64,000 nt of DNA from an uncultured Chthonomonadaceae bacterium (GCA_963817895.1 CAWFQB010000005.1:352001-416000); one strand, 5' to 3'. Shown: positions 10,771 to 21,140, numbered from the stretch's first letter. Notes: a model not told the origin generated them from the letters alone. A program made the numbers and translations.

Positions 10771-11865
10771 TCAGGCAATATCGGCAAAGTGGGTGACGCG
10801 GTTACGGCCCCGGCGTTTGGAGTGGTACAGGGCGCGGTCTGCCTGCGCGATCAGGTCTGCCGCATCCGCAGTGGTGGCGACGCCGGTAGAAACGCCGAAA
10901 CTGGCCGTGACGGGATGCTCCTGCCAGGGGAAGGTTTCCAGAGCCACGCGGATACGTTCCGCCGCCGTCATCGCGCCGTCGTGATCCGTGTCGGGCAGAA
11001 CATACACAAACTCTTCGCCGCCAAACCGGGCCGCCATGTCCGTTTGTCGCGTATGGCTTTGCAGCAGTTCTCCCATGCGGCGCAGGACGGCATCGCCGGC
11101 AGGGTGTCCGCACCGGTCATTAATCTGCTTGAACCGATCCGCATCCAGCAAAATCACGGATAAAGGACGGTCATAACGCGCTGCCGCCTGATACTCCCGC
11201 TCTAAAAACGCCAGAAACGCTCGCTTGTTTTTCAGCAGGGTCAGGTCGTCCGTTGTCGCCAGTTCATGCAATTGGGCGTTTGCCAGCGCAAGTTGGGCGT
11301 TGATTGTCTCCAGATGGCGGCGGTTCGCTTCGAGTTCGTCGTATGCGGCCTGCGCCTGCGCCATTTGCGCTTCCATTTGCAGCCACAGTTCGGGGCGCTC
11401 GGCAGCGGTCATCAGGACGCCCGCCGCATGGGTCGCGTTGCCTGCCGCATCGTGAAAAAACCTGCCGCGCGCTGCTGCGCGGTGAAGGGTTCCGTCCGGC
11501 CAGACAACTCGATATTCGTGCCGGTACTCCTCGCCCGTATCGCGGGCGTGTTGTACCGCCTGCCGCGCGCCTGTCCGGTCTTCCGTATGAATATGCGCTT
11601 CAAAATCGTGGTATTCGCTCGTCGCCTGTTTACTGTCCATGCCAAAAAGCGCATAACATCCGTCCGACCACGACCTTTCCCCCGTGATGATATTCCAGTA
11701 CCAGACGCCGATACCGGCAGCATCTAGCGCAAGGCGCAGACGCGCCTCGTTTGTACGCGCCTGCTCTTCACGCAAATGATTTTCTGTACTGTCTTCAGCA
11801 GCGCCGTCCTCTGCTTTTACGCTGTCCGGCATCGCTGCCTGAAACGGCCTCGGACTGTTCCACAT
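10771..11865 (-). CDS. PAS-domain diguanylate cyclase
   Basis: PAS_3-like domain (HTEDR..EYRVVWPDG), coiled coil, TDDLT, D.DRFK.IND..GH..GD and RFGGEEF with an RxxD I-site; start set at an ATG with an AGGGG RBS. Confidence 0.9.
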   Translation of the reverse strand: MWNSPRPFQAAMPDSVKAEDGAAEDSTENHLREEQARTNEARLRLALDAAGIGVWYWNIITGERSWSDGCYALFGMDSKQATSEYHDFEAHIHTEDRTGARQAVQHARDTGEEYRHEYRVVWPDGTLHRAAARGRFFHDAAGNATHAAGVLMTAAERPELWLQMEAQMAQAQAAYDELEANRRHLETINAQLALANAQLHELATTDDLTLLKNKRAFLAFLEREYQAAARYDRPLSVILLDADRFKQINDRCGHPAGDAVLRRMGELLQSHTRQTDMAARFGGEEFVYVLPDTDHDGAMTAAERIRVALETFPWQEHPVTASFGVSTGVATTADAADLIAQADRALYHSKRRGRNRVTHFADIA

Positions 11866-12060
11866 CGTCGCGTGTCCCCTGAAATTATCTTTTATGACGT
11901 TCACATTATCGGCCTGCTCAACATCTTTCTTAGCCGGAATTGTTGACAGCAAGTATTGTAGCACCACGCTAAGAAACATGTATATGCAGGACGTTATATC
12001 TTCTGTATGCAATACATCACACCGCGTCACTTGCTCCCTCGAAAATGAACTGGAAAAATG

Positions 12061-12112
12061 TTGCGCTTCCCCGGCGGTAATGCTATAATCCTGAGTAAAT
12101 CGGTCTATTTTG
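12061..12112 (+). promoter_or_regulatory. Sigma70-type promoter of the cys operon with a possible Rrf2 (IscR/CymR)-type operator
   Basis: TTGCGC-N17-TATAAT with extended TG; immediately followed by GAGT-AAATC-GGTC, resembling GACT-N5-AGTC. Confidence 0.5.
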
Positions 12113-12178
12113 TCAATGATATTCTGCAATGCTATTCTTCCGAGGAACGGGCTTCCCACGGCAACCGTAAAAACAATC

Positions 12179-13205
12179 ATGAACACGACTTCAGAACATC
12201 CGCTGCATACGCTGGAGGGACGCAAGGGCGAGGCGGCTGTGACAGCGCCCCCTGCGCCGACAGAACATTGCCTGCTGGAAGGCAGCGTGAACCTTACCGA
12301 CCTGGTGGGCTGTACGCCACTGGTCTGCCTGAATCACTTGAAGCCGCGCAATCCTCGCGTGGAGGTGTATGCCAAAGCCGAATGGACCAATCCCGGCGGT
12401 TCGGTGAAAGACCGGGCGGCGCGAAACATGATTCTGGAGGGCGAACGAACGGGCAAATTGAGGCCGGGTAAAATCATTCTGGACGCAACCAGCGGCAATA
12501 CGGGAATCGCGTATGCCATGATCGGCGCGGCCAAAGGCTATGAGGTGCATTTGTGCCTGCCGACCAATGCCAACGATGAGCGCAAGCAACTGCTGCGGGC
12601 ATACGGCGCGCATCTGATTTTGACCGACCCGCGCCTGTCCTCTGACGGCGCGATTCTGAAAGCCCGCGAAATATACGCGCAGGAGCCGGACAAGTATTTT
12701 TATCCCGACCAGTACAACAACCCGGCCAACTGGCAGGCGCACTATACGGGTACGGGGCCGGAAATCTGGCAGCAGACGCAGGGGCGCATAACGCATTTCG
12801 TGGCGGGGTTAGGCACAAGCGGCACGTTCATGGGAACCGGTCGCTACCTGCGCGAAGTCAATCCCGACTATTCGCCTGATCTCGTTTCAGCCCGACTCGC
12901 CGTTTCACGGTCTGGAGGGCATGAAGTACATGCCCACTTCGATTGTGCCGGGTATCTACGACCCGCGCCTTGCGGACGAGAACCGCGAAGTGGAAACCGA
13001 AGAGGCCCACGCGATGGTAAAGCGGCTGGCGCGGGAAGAGGGGATTCTGGTGGGGATTTCCGCCGCCGCCGCGCTCGTCTGTTCCCTGCGCCTTGCCGAA
13101 GAGATTGAAGAGGGCGTGATCGTCACCATCTTCTGCGACAGCGGCACGCGCTATTTATCGGAGCGTTTCTGGCGGGCGGAAGACGCGGGCGATCCAGTTA
13201 TTTAG
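12179..13205 (+). CDS. cysM: PLP-dependent cysteine synthase (CysM type; frameshift near 12870)
   Basis: VGxTPLV, NPGGSVKDR, ATSGNTG and GLGTSGT; second frame continues LAREEGILVGIS...CDSGTRYLS. Confidence 0.88.
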
Positions 13206-13322
13206 AATTGCCCTCACCGGGCGTCCACTTGTGGACACGCCCCTCTCCACAAAACGTATTTTCAAAGCGAAGCCGAAATACGGAACATGGGGGAAGGGAG
13301 ACTGTTGATTTAGGTAGGCGCT

Positions 13323-13820
13323 ATGATACAGATAACTAACGAGCAATTGAAAGCGATACGGCGGCATGGCGTGGCGGCGTTTCCGCGCGAGTGCGTAGGC
13401 GTTTTGCTCGGCGATGTGAGTGGGGATACTAAAATTGTGCGGGAAACGCGGTCGCTGGACAACACCTTTGCCCCAAGCGAAGACTTTGAGCGCAGTGTGC
13501 TTGCGGACGGCGAAGCGCGGGAAGTGGAAACTGTTGGGCAAGAGAAGCGGTATCTGATTTCGCCGGACACGATGTTCCAGTTGATGCGCGAAGAGCGGCA
13601 GACGAAGCGCAAAGTATTGGGCTTTTACCACTCGCATCCCAACCATCCCGCCCGCCCCAGCGTGTATGACCGCGAATGGGCCTCCCCATGGTATACGTAC
13701 ATCATCGTCTCCATTCTGGACGGAAAACCGGACGCCCTGACTGCGTGGCAGTTGACCGATGACCGCGCCGCCTTCAACCCGGAAGAGATCGAAGGGATTG
13801 CGGAAAATAGACAGGATTAA
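13323..13820 (+). CDS. mec: M67/JAMM (Mec-like) metallopeptidase
   Basis: FPRECVGVLLG...GFYHSHPNHPARPS..D JAMM motif; context next to cysM and a sulfur carrier. Confidence 0.88.
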   Translation: MIQITNEQLKAIRRHGVAAFPRECVGVLLGDVSGDTKIVRETRSLDNTFAPSEDFERSVLADGEAREVETVGQEKRYLISPDTMFQLMREERQTKRKVLGFYHSHPNHPARPSVYDREWASPWYTYIIVSILDGKPDALTAWQLTDDRAAFNPEEIEGIAENRQD

Positions 13821-13846
13821 CAGGATTTTTCAGGATGGACAGGATT
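13810..13846 (+). repeat. Short tandem array (ACAGGATTA-like, 4 copies)
   Basis: acaggatta acaggattt ttcaggatg gacaggatt; supplies the mec stop codon. Confidence 0.8.
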
Positions 13847-13867
13847 ATGCCGGAGGTAAGCAACAGC

Positions 13868-15068
13868 ATGAATCCTTTGCAGCAAGCGTTTGTGGAAGCG
13901 TTCAAGGCCTGGGATAGCAAAGCAATGGCGCTGGTGCTGATTGCCATACTGGAAGCATTCGGCGGGCAAGCGTTGGGCGAGGAAACACGGCAGGAGATCG
14001 CTTGGCAGTGCCGTGAATTGCTGGCGAACATGCTGATACACCCGATTAATAGCGGCGACCTGATGGTTCCCGAAGTTCCGGCGCAGTTTATGTTGGGAAC
14101 CGGTATTCAACCGGCAAAACAGCCGGACACCGGCAGGTATATCAATCTCACGCTGCATGTGGATTTAATGGCGCAAGCAGCGCCGGATTTGCAAACGCGC
14201 TGGCGCGACATGGGCTTTGTGAAAGGCGCGATTGTCGTGGAGCGCGACACGGCGCAAACGCCTTCACCCCTGAAAGGCGAACCCGGTTATGCCGGTTACG
14301 ATCCTGAACAGCCGAGTATTCACCGTCCCAAAGGCGAGTTGCCGCCGCCGCTAACACATACCTATGCGTATGCGCTTTCCATCAAGGCGAACGACGACAG
14401 CCCGCTGTTGCAGCGTTACCGGGCGGGGGAGCGAAGACAGGTTTGGGAGGAATTAACAGCGTTGGGGGATGCTGTGCGCAACGCCAATGTACTGCCCCAC
14501 GCTGTTGCGGTTGCGCGGGAAACCATGCGCCGTTGCCGTGTCAATACGGAACGGCTTCACGCCCGCCTGACACGAGAAGAGTACCATTTCCGTGAACCGG
14601 ACGAGGCATTTGCGCCGCCAGAAGATGATATTTTAGAGCGCATTGCCAAATTGGAACAGCGCGTCGGTCCGTTGCCGCTTTTCGCTGTGCGCGTGGTATG
14701 AACTTGTCGGCGCAGTGGATTTCTGCGTGGACGTGGAAGACCCCGGCGCTTACGTGCGATACTCCGATCCGCTTGTTATCGGTCCGGCGACCTACGTTCT
14801 GGATTACGAAGAAGATAACTGGTATCGGGAGCAGTATAAACTCGACCTTGCGCCGGATGTTTACCACAAGGATGATGTGAGCGGCGGGCCGGCATATTGC
14901 GTGTTTGCCCCGGACGCCGGTATAGATGCCTTTTTCAGCAATGAAGCCCACAACACAACCTTTGTAGACTATCTGCGTATCGCGTTCGGGCATGAGGGCT
15001 TTCCCGGCGATCCGACGCGCAATTCCGCTGCTCTTCCTGAATCCCCTGACGAGTTACTTCCAATTTAA
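13868..15068 (+). CDS. Hypothetical protein with possible SMI1/KNR4-like C-terminal half (frameshift near 14680)
   Basis: ORFs 13835..14701 and 14643..15068 join as 'IAKLEQRVGPLP/xSLCAWYELVGAVDF'; ends FVDYLRIAF..GFPG. Confidence 0.55.
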
Positions 15069-15163
15069 CAACCTTCCGCCTGTTTGAAACGTAAGTAATT
15101 GCACGAGGGCCGCTGCAAAGACGGAGGCGGCGCGACAGCAATTGACAAAGGAACCTGACGATT

Positions 15164-16724
15164 ATGGCAAAAGTGCTTATTCCGACCGCCCTGCAGCAGT
15201 TTGCAGGCGGCACGGACGAACTTGATGTACCCGGCGCGACGGTTCAGGAAGTGCTGGACGGCTTGGGCGAACAGTACCCCAACCTGAAAAAGCAACTGTT
15301 CAACGACAAGGGCGAACTGCGCCACTTTGTCAATGTGTACAAGGGCGCGGAAGACACCCGAACACTGCAAGGGATGGACACGCCCGTCAGCGACGCGGAC
15401 GAACTCAGCATCGTGCCGAGCATCGCGGGCGGCACGGCAGTGGAAGGGAAGAGGGAAGAGGGAAAAGGGAAGAGTGAGGATTCACTTCGCAACCTTCAAC
15501 CCTCAATCTTGCCCAATACCCAACGCCTCATACCTAATACTCGCGCCGTCATTTCCGAAGACCGGGCGGAAGACGCGCAACTGACGCAATGAAGAGATTT
15601 TGCGGTACAGCCGTCACCTGATTTTGCCGGAAGTGAATATGGAGGGGCAGAAGAAACTCAAGGCGGCAAAAGTGCTGCTGATCGGCACGGGCGGGCTGGG
15701 ATCGCCGCTTGCGCTGTATCTGGCCGCTGCGGGCGTGGGGACGCTTGGGCTGGTGGATTTCGATGTGGTGGACGTGACCAATTTGCAGCGGCAGATCATT
15801 CACGGCACGAACGATGTGGGGCGACCGAAAGCGGTATCGGCTACGGAAACCATTAAAGACATCAACCCCAACGTGAATGTGATTAGATACGAGGAGCAGT
15901 TCACGTCCGAAAACGCGATGCGGATCGCGAAAGATTTCGACATCATCATTGATGGAACCGACAACTTTCCCACCCGCTACCTGACCAATGACGTGAGCGT
16001 TCTGCTCGGCAAGCCGAACGTCTACGGCTCTATTTTCCGATTTGAGGGGCAGGCGTCCGTTTTCTGGGCCGAGCAGGGGCCGTGCTACCGCTGCCTGTAT
16101 CCGGAACCGCCGCCCCCCGGACTGGTTCCCTCGTGCGCGGAAGGCGGCGTTTTGGGCGTTCTGCCGGGTATTGTGGGCTGTATTCAGGCCAATGAAGCCA
16201 TCAAACTGATTTTGGGCATCGGCCAGCCGCTTATCGGACGCTTGCTGCTGTTCAACGCGCTGAAAATGAAGTTCCGCGAATTGAAACTGAAAAAAGACCC
16301 GAACTGCCCGATTTGCGGCGCCAATGCCACCATTCACGAACTGATAGATTACGAGGAGTTTTGCGGTATTCGGGGCGAGGAAGCGCCGGCGCAGGAGATT
16401 CAGCAATCGGAAGAGATTACCGTGCAGGAACTCAAAGCCCGCATGGATCGGGGCGAAAAGCTGACCGTCATAGATGTGCGCGAACCCTACGAGTTCAGCA
16501 TCGCCCGCATTCCCGGCACAACCCTGATTCCGCTCGGCCAGATTGCGGAGCGTAGCGGGGAACTGGACCCGAACGAAGAGATCATTCTGCACTGCCGCAG
16601 CGGCAAGCGCAGCGCGGACGCCCTGAACCAACTGAAAGCCAAAGGCTTTACCAAACTGAAAAACCTGACCGGCGGCATCCTCGCGTGGAGCGATGACATA
16701 GACCCGACGGTAGCGAAATATTAG
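15164..16724 (+). CDS. moeB: ThiS/MoaD sulfur carrier probably fused to MoeB/ThiF adenylyltransferase plus rhodanese (MoeZ-like; 1-nt frameshift near 15588)
   Basis: Ubiquitin-like domain ends IVPSIAGG at 15433 with no stop; then LT/NEEILRYSRHL, GTGGLGSP, CYRC, SCAEGG, CPIC and rhodanese HCRSGKRS. Confidence 0.85.
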
Positions 16725-16784
16725 ACAGGGAGAACGCGGTTCCCAATCTCCTTTTCTCCTTTTCTCCCTGTCTCCTCTTCTTCC

Positions 16785-16823
16785 CCCCGTTTCTGCCGAT
16801 AATTTCAGTCGGCAGAAACGGGG
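16785..16823. terminator. 15-bp perfect hairpin after moeB
   Basis: CCCCGTTTCTGCCGA / TCGGCAGAAACGGGG; no U-tract, so its role is uncertain. Confidence 0.45.
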
Positions 16824-16839
16824 CAGGAGGAGAAACATC

Positions 16840-17391
16840 GTGAGCGCAGAGTTTGTATCGGAACGGAATACGGGGAAGAGAAGCGCATTGCCGCCCAACA
16901 GCGAACGGGTGCGCGAATGTGTGGCGGGGCGCGAGTTTACGCGGAAGTTTCGCAATCTGCTGTGCGAACTGCGGATGCAGCCGGGAATCCATCAGCGGGC
17001 GGAAACCCTGCTTACGGAGTTTGCCGAAGCGCATCCTAATCTACGCGCCTCCTACCTGTCGCGGGATGTGGACGAGTCGTATTTCAGTGATGGAAGCTGC
17101 GGATGGGAAGCGAACGCGCGCCCCCGCTTGCAGGGCATTGCCATCGAGGGCGAAAGCCTGTTCGAGTTTCTTGCCTTTGCCAACGGCCTGCGGATGCATG
17201 CCACGCCGCTCAACACTATTATGAATGTTGAAGAGTTGTGGCTGGAACCCGCGCCGGATCAGCCGTTCGTGTTCCGCGCCTGCCTGTTTCACAGTTTTCC
17301 CGCCACGACGATTCTATACGCGCTGCACCCGGACTCGCAGGAGTCCGCCGTCGCCTTTTTGCAGCGTCTGAAATACCTGCGGGGGTTTTAA
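16840..17391 (+). CDS. Hypothetical protein
   Basis: 183-aa ORF with AGGAGG RBS and GTG start; no family recognised. Confidence 0.55.
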   Translation: MSAEFVSERNTGKRSALPPNSERVRECVAGREFTRKFRNLLCELRMQPGIHQRAETLLTEFAEAHPNLRASYLSRDVDESYFSDGSCGWEANARPRLQGIAIEGESLFEFLAFANGLRMHATPLNTIMNVEELWLEPAPDQPFVFRACLFHSFPATTILYALHPDSQESAVAFLQRLKYLRGF

Positions 17392-18050
17392 CGCGCCATG
17401 CCCCGACCCCACTATCCCACCACCGGCGGACCGCATCTGCCGTCCTGGAACACGAGCGAAGCGCGTCAGCGCCACCGCCCGCAAACGGCCATGACCGGGA
17501 TTATCAGGGATACGAAAGCGGCCACGTGCCTATCTTCCACGCCAACGCGCCATACTTCTGCAACTGTCGCGCCGTCCGGTTGCGTGTCCCCTGACCGCGC
17601 CAGTATTGCGGCTGCGAAACATCCGCGCGCCTCAAGTTCCCTGCCTGATTCCCCGAAGCCGTCAAATCCATCCGTCGCGTCGCCTGCTATGATCCGGGTC
17701 GCCGCGTTGCTCAGTCTCCTCGCGCTGCTGTTTACCGTTTTGGTTCTCCTCCATCACGGCTAAAGAGTTGATAGTTGATAGGAACTACACGCCTGCCGCG
17801 CTCATTCCTCCCATTCTGCATTGGTCTTCGGATTTTGCCGAACATTCGCTTTCTCCCTCGTAATTCTATTTGCGTTCATTCGCGTGTCTTCGCGGCTCAC
17901 ACCTCTTTCCTGTTCCGGCAATAAGTCAGAAAGCCGGCAGGAGACGGGGGCAGGGTTAGCGAACAAGATGGCAACTCTATGGCGGCGTCATACGGAGAGC
18001 AGTACCCCACGCGCCGCAACTCACCGATTTCTTACGAGGCGAAGACCACC

Positions 18051-18269
18051 ATGCAGATGGAAAAGAAAATTACCACCAAAGAAGACGGACGTTTCCTCGT
18101 CTACTACCACTTCCCCGACACCGCGACCGAAGAAGAGACGCAGGTGTTTGAAGGGATAGAGGAAGAAAAGGAGAAAAGGAGAAAAGGAGAAAAGGAGACA
18201 GAAGAGGATTCATCCTTCATCCTTCATCCTTCATCCTTGCCTGAGACCGGAGGTGTTCCTCATGTCTGA
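18051..18269 (+). CDS. Small protein overlapping the galT start
   Basis: MQMEKKITTKEDGRFLVYYHF; stop overlaps the galT start; contains an in-frame repeat insert. Confidence 0.55.
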   Translation: MQMEKKITTKEDGRFLVYYHFPDTATEEETQVFEGIEEEKEKRRKGEKETEEDSSFILHPSSLPETGGVPHV

Positions 18270-19247
18270 AATGCGCTGGAATCCTGACCACTGAAGAGTG
18301 GATTATTACCGCAACCCACCGGCAGGATCGGACGTTCTTCCCGCCGCCGGACTACGATCCGCTCGCGCCCACGAAACCGGGCGGATTTCCGACCGAAGTG
18401 CCGACGCCGACGTATGAGATCGTGGTCTTTGAAAACAAATTCCCATCCCTGCGCCGCGACCCGCCCGCGCCCGCCATTGAAGGCACGGATTTCGAGCCGG
18501 TTCGTCCTGCGCAGGGCGTGTGCGAAGTGGTCTGCTACACGCCGCAGGCCGATACCGAACTTGCCAATCTGCCCGTAACCAAAATCGAGCAGTTGATACA
18601 TGTATGGGCCGACCGCTTTGAAACCCTGAGCGCGTATCCGTTCGTCCATTATGTGTACATCTTCGAGAACAAGGGCAAGGAGATCGGCGTCACCCTCGCG
18701 CATCCGCACGGGCAGATTTACGCTTATCCGTTCATCCCGCCCATTCCCGCTACGGAACTGAACGCCGCGCGCAATTACAAGGCAAAGACGGGGCAGAATC
18801 TGTACGCCACGATTGTAGCCGGGGAGATGCAGGACGGCAGGCGCATTGTCACGCAGAACGACCATTTTCTGGCCGTCGTGCCGTTTTACGCCGCGCTATC
18901 CCTACGAGGTTCATATCCTGGCAAAAGGAGATAAACCGGCGATTGCAGACTTCGACGACGCGGAAAAGCACAGCCTTGCCCTGATCCTGAAAACCGTGAT
19001 GGCAAAGTACAACGCCCTGTTCAACCGCTCGATGCCCTATATCATGCTGATGCACCAGCGACCGAGCGACGGCGACAGTTCGCAGTACGATTATTACCGC
19101 TTCCACATCGAATTTTACCCGCCGTATCGCACAGCCGACAAACTGAAATATCTGGCCGGTTCCGAAGCGGGCGCGAACGTGTTCATCAACGACACCCTGC
19201 CCGAAGTCACCGCCAAAACCCTGCGCGACCTGGAACCGCAAAGTTGA
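18262..19247 (+). CDS. galT: Galactose-1-phosphate uridylyltransferase (frameshifts near 18285 and 18890)
   Basis: MSEMRWNP..EW...HRQDRTF, FENKFPSL, FENKG.EIGVTLAHPHGQIY (HPH active site) and KYLAGSE. Confidence 0.92.
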
Positions 19248-19265
19248 GCGAAACAGTGAAGCGGT

Positions 19266-20243
19266 ATGAAAGACATGAACATTATCAAACAGTGGAACGC
19301 CTTTAGAAAAAGCGTGTTGAGCCGCATCCGAAACATGAGGAGAGGGTCCGTCCGCGCCCCCGAAGGCAGAGCCGCGCTGATTCTCGGAGTCAACTCCGTC
19401 AATGCCCCACAGGGCGAGGAGATTGTCGGCACAGTGCTGCTGAAAGGTGGCGCTGTGCCGCAGCAGAAAAGGCTGCTAGTGATTCGGCTGAAGGAATTGC
19501 ATCAAAACGGCGATTCCTCCGAATGGAAAACCATCAGCGAGGTGGTTACCGCCTATTTTGACCTTGCGCCGGGGCAAACGCGGGAGGTTCCGTTTCGCCT
19601 GTCGATTCCCTTCAAAGCCCGATTGTCGTCCACGAGCAACGGTACGCGGGTCACTGCCGACACGAACCTTCGACTGGTTGCCAAAACAGGCGTAAGCGTA
19701 AACGTTAAAGTCACGCCCCCCTTGGAGATCATGGCGCTGGACACGGCCTTGCAGCAGTTGGGGTTTGTGTCCCGACAATACAATTTTGTCCCGGTAATCC
19801 CGTTCCTTCCTTCCCTCGCATCGCGCAAACGATTGGTGACGAAGTTCTATCACGCGCCTTCTGCCCTGGCCGAGCAAACCACCGGCGTTACGCTGCAATT
19901 GGCGCTCGATGCCAGCCATGTCGCCGGACAGCTGATACTGAACCACCCCAAATCCAACTTGCCGAGCGTTTTGCGGGCTGCAATGGGCGAAAACAAGCAG
20001 ATATTTCCGATTGAGATGCCCCGCAACCTTCTGTCCGGGGGAAACAGCGTTAAGGAAGCCCGAACCAGTTTAAGGAGTCTGCTCAATCAGGCGCTGATTA
20101 TGCCGGATAATCAGGCGAACTGGATGCTGCGCGCTTCAGCCCCGCCGCCCGATGCCGGAAACACCCTCCTCCGCGCCGCCGACTCCACACTGGAAACAAA
20201 CCCCGAACAGCTTCTTCATGCCAGTGAGCAAATCAAAATTTAG
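19266..20243 (+). CDS. SpoOM-like (arrestin-fold) protein with C-terminal triple LLRAS tail
   Basis: GEEIVGTVLLKGGAVPQ and FDLAPGQTREVPFRLSIP resemble the SpoOM N-terminus; the tail matches 61225..63018. Confidence 0.6.
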   Translation: MKDMNIIKQWNAFRKSVLSRIRNMRRGSVRAPEGRAALILGVNSVNAPQGEEIVGTVLLKGGAVPQQKRLLVIRLKELHQNGDSSEWKTISEVVTAYFDLAPGQTREVPFRLSIPFKARLSSTSNGTRVTADTNLRLVAKTGVSVNVKVTPPLEIMALDTALQQLGFVSRQYNFVPVIPFLPSLASRKRLVTKFYHAPSALAEQTTGVTLQLALDASHVAGQLILNHPKSNLPSVLRAAMGENKQIFPIEMPRNLLSGGNSVKEARTSLRSLLNQALIMPDNQANWMLRASAPPPDAGNTLLRAADSTLETNPEQLLHASEQIKI

Positions 20244-20311
20244 AACACATCGGGCAGCAGCGCTATACTGTAAGCGCGACACAGCCATTATGAAGAAAGG
20301 AGCCAGAACGT

Positions 20312-20551
20312 ATGACAGTGACATTGGAAGAAGCCAATACGCAATTTGCCGCATTGGTAGCGCGCGCAGTTTCGGGGGAAGAAGTCATTATCTCCGACGG
20401 ACAGAACGCTCTTGTTCGCATGGTGTCTGTCGGCATCAATAGCGAAAGCAGGCCTCGCCGCGTTCCGGGCAGCGCGAAAGGCAAAGTTATAATTGCGGAG
20501 GATTTCAATGCGCCTCTGCCGGAGGATATTTTGGAGGGATTCGCGGGATGA
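20312..20551 (+). CDS. Phd/YefM-type antitoxin
   Basis: VTLEEA.TQF..LV.RA..GEEVII and R.PGSAKG....EDFNAPLP; overlaps the toxin start (ATGA). Confidence 0.9.
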   Translation: MTVTLEEANTQFAALVARAVSGEEVIISDGQNALVRMVSVGINSESRPRRVPGSAKGKVIIAEDFNAPLPEDILEGFAG

Positions 20552-20934
20552 ACACTCTTCTCGACACGCATAGCTTTCTCTGGTGGGTTACAGATGACCC
20601 GCAACTCTCTCCTCGCGTTCGCAACATTTTGGAAGACGGCGCGAACACGATCTACTTCAGTTCCGCCATTGCGTGGGAAATCGCCATCAAAACGCAAATC
20701 GGCAAGTTGTCCCTGCCTGATTTGCCCGCGCGTTTTATCTCGGAGCAAATTGCCCTGCACGGCTTTGAGGAACTGCCGATAACAACCGCTCACGCGTTGC
20801 AAATTTATACCCTGCCGCTATTACACCGTGATCCCTTTGACCGCGTTCTGGTTACGCAGTGTCAGGTGGAGGGATTCTCTATTCTCACAACAGATAGCCT
20901 GATTGCCCAATATGGCGTATCAACTATCTGGTAA
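20548..20934 (+). CDS. vapC: VapC/PIN-domain toxin
   Basis: LLDTHSFLW, S...WEIAIK..GKL and HRDPFDR. Confidence 0.93.
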   Translation: MNTLLDTHSFLWWVTDDPQLSPRVRNILEDGANTIYFSSAIAWEIAIKTQIGKLSLPDLPARFISEQIALHGFEELPITTAHALQIYTLPLLHRDPFDRVLVTQCQVEGFSILTTDSLIAQYGVSTIW

Positions 20935-21140
20935 TCCTCAAAGAAGAGATAGAGGAGCAGTGCCGCGTAAGCGCGCCTGCGCCTTCCTCGCGCAGTTTGC
21001 CGCCGTTATACCGCCACTTTGGAATTGAAGCATCATCACGCATACGTTCTTATTCCATTTGCCCCAATGAGAATCCTGCAAATACGAGTTTTCGAGTTTT
21101 CGCCGCCGTCGCCTCCCCGTAAAATTCCCGTCACGCGCCC

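Noticed and set aside
11866..12225. 120-aa N-terminal extension of the diguanylate cyclase shown in the ORF track
   Set aside because: AT-rich, overlaps the divergent cys promoter and the cysM start; a better start with an RBS exists at 11865
13217..13243. CCGGGCGTCCACTT shared with 57745-57758 (reverse complement) as another REP family
   Set aside because: Only a 14-nt match in two places; too little to call without a genome-wide count
13323..16724. JAB, ubiquitin-like and E1 genes as an antiphage conjugation system (CBASS Cap2/Cap3 or Bil type)
   Set aside because: No E2 or cyclase; the rhodanese domain and adjacent cysM point to sulfur relay
15549..16955. Long antisense or alternate-frame ORFs (e.g. 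15549..16955 -, 42584..43564 -, 58250..59515 +)
   Set aside because: Shadows of well-supported genes in GC-rich DNA, with no recognisable motifs
17398..17763. 121-aa Pro/Ser/Ala-rich ORF with a C-terminal hydrophobic helix
   Set aside because: Could be a real tail-anchored protein, but it has no RBS or family signal, so it is not supportable
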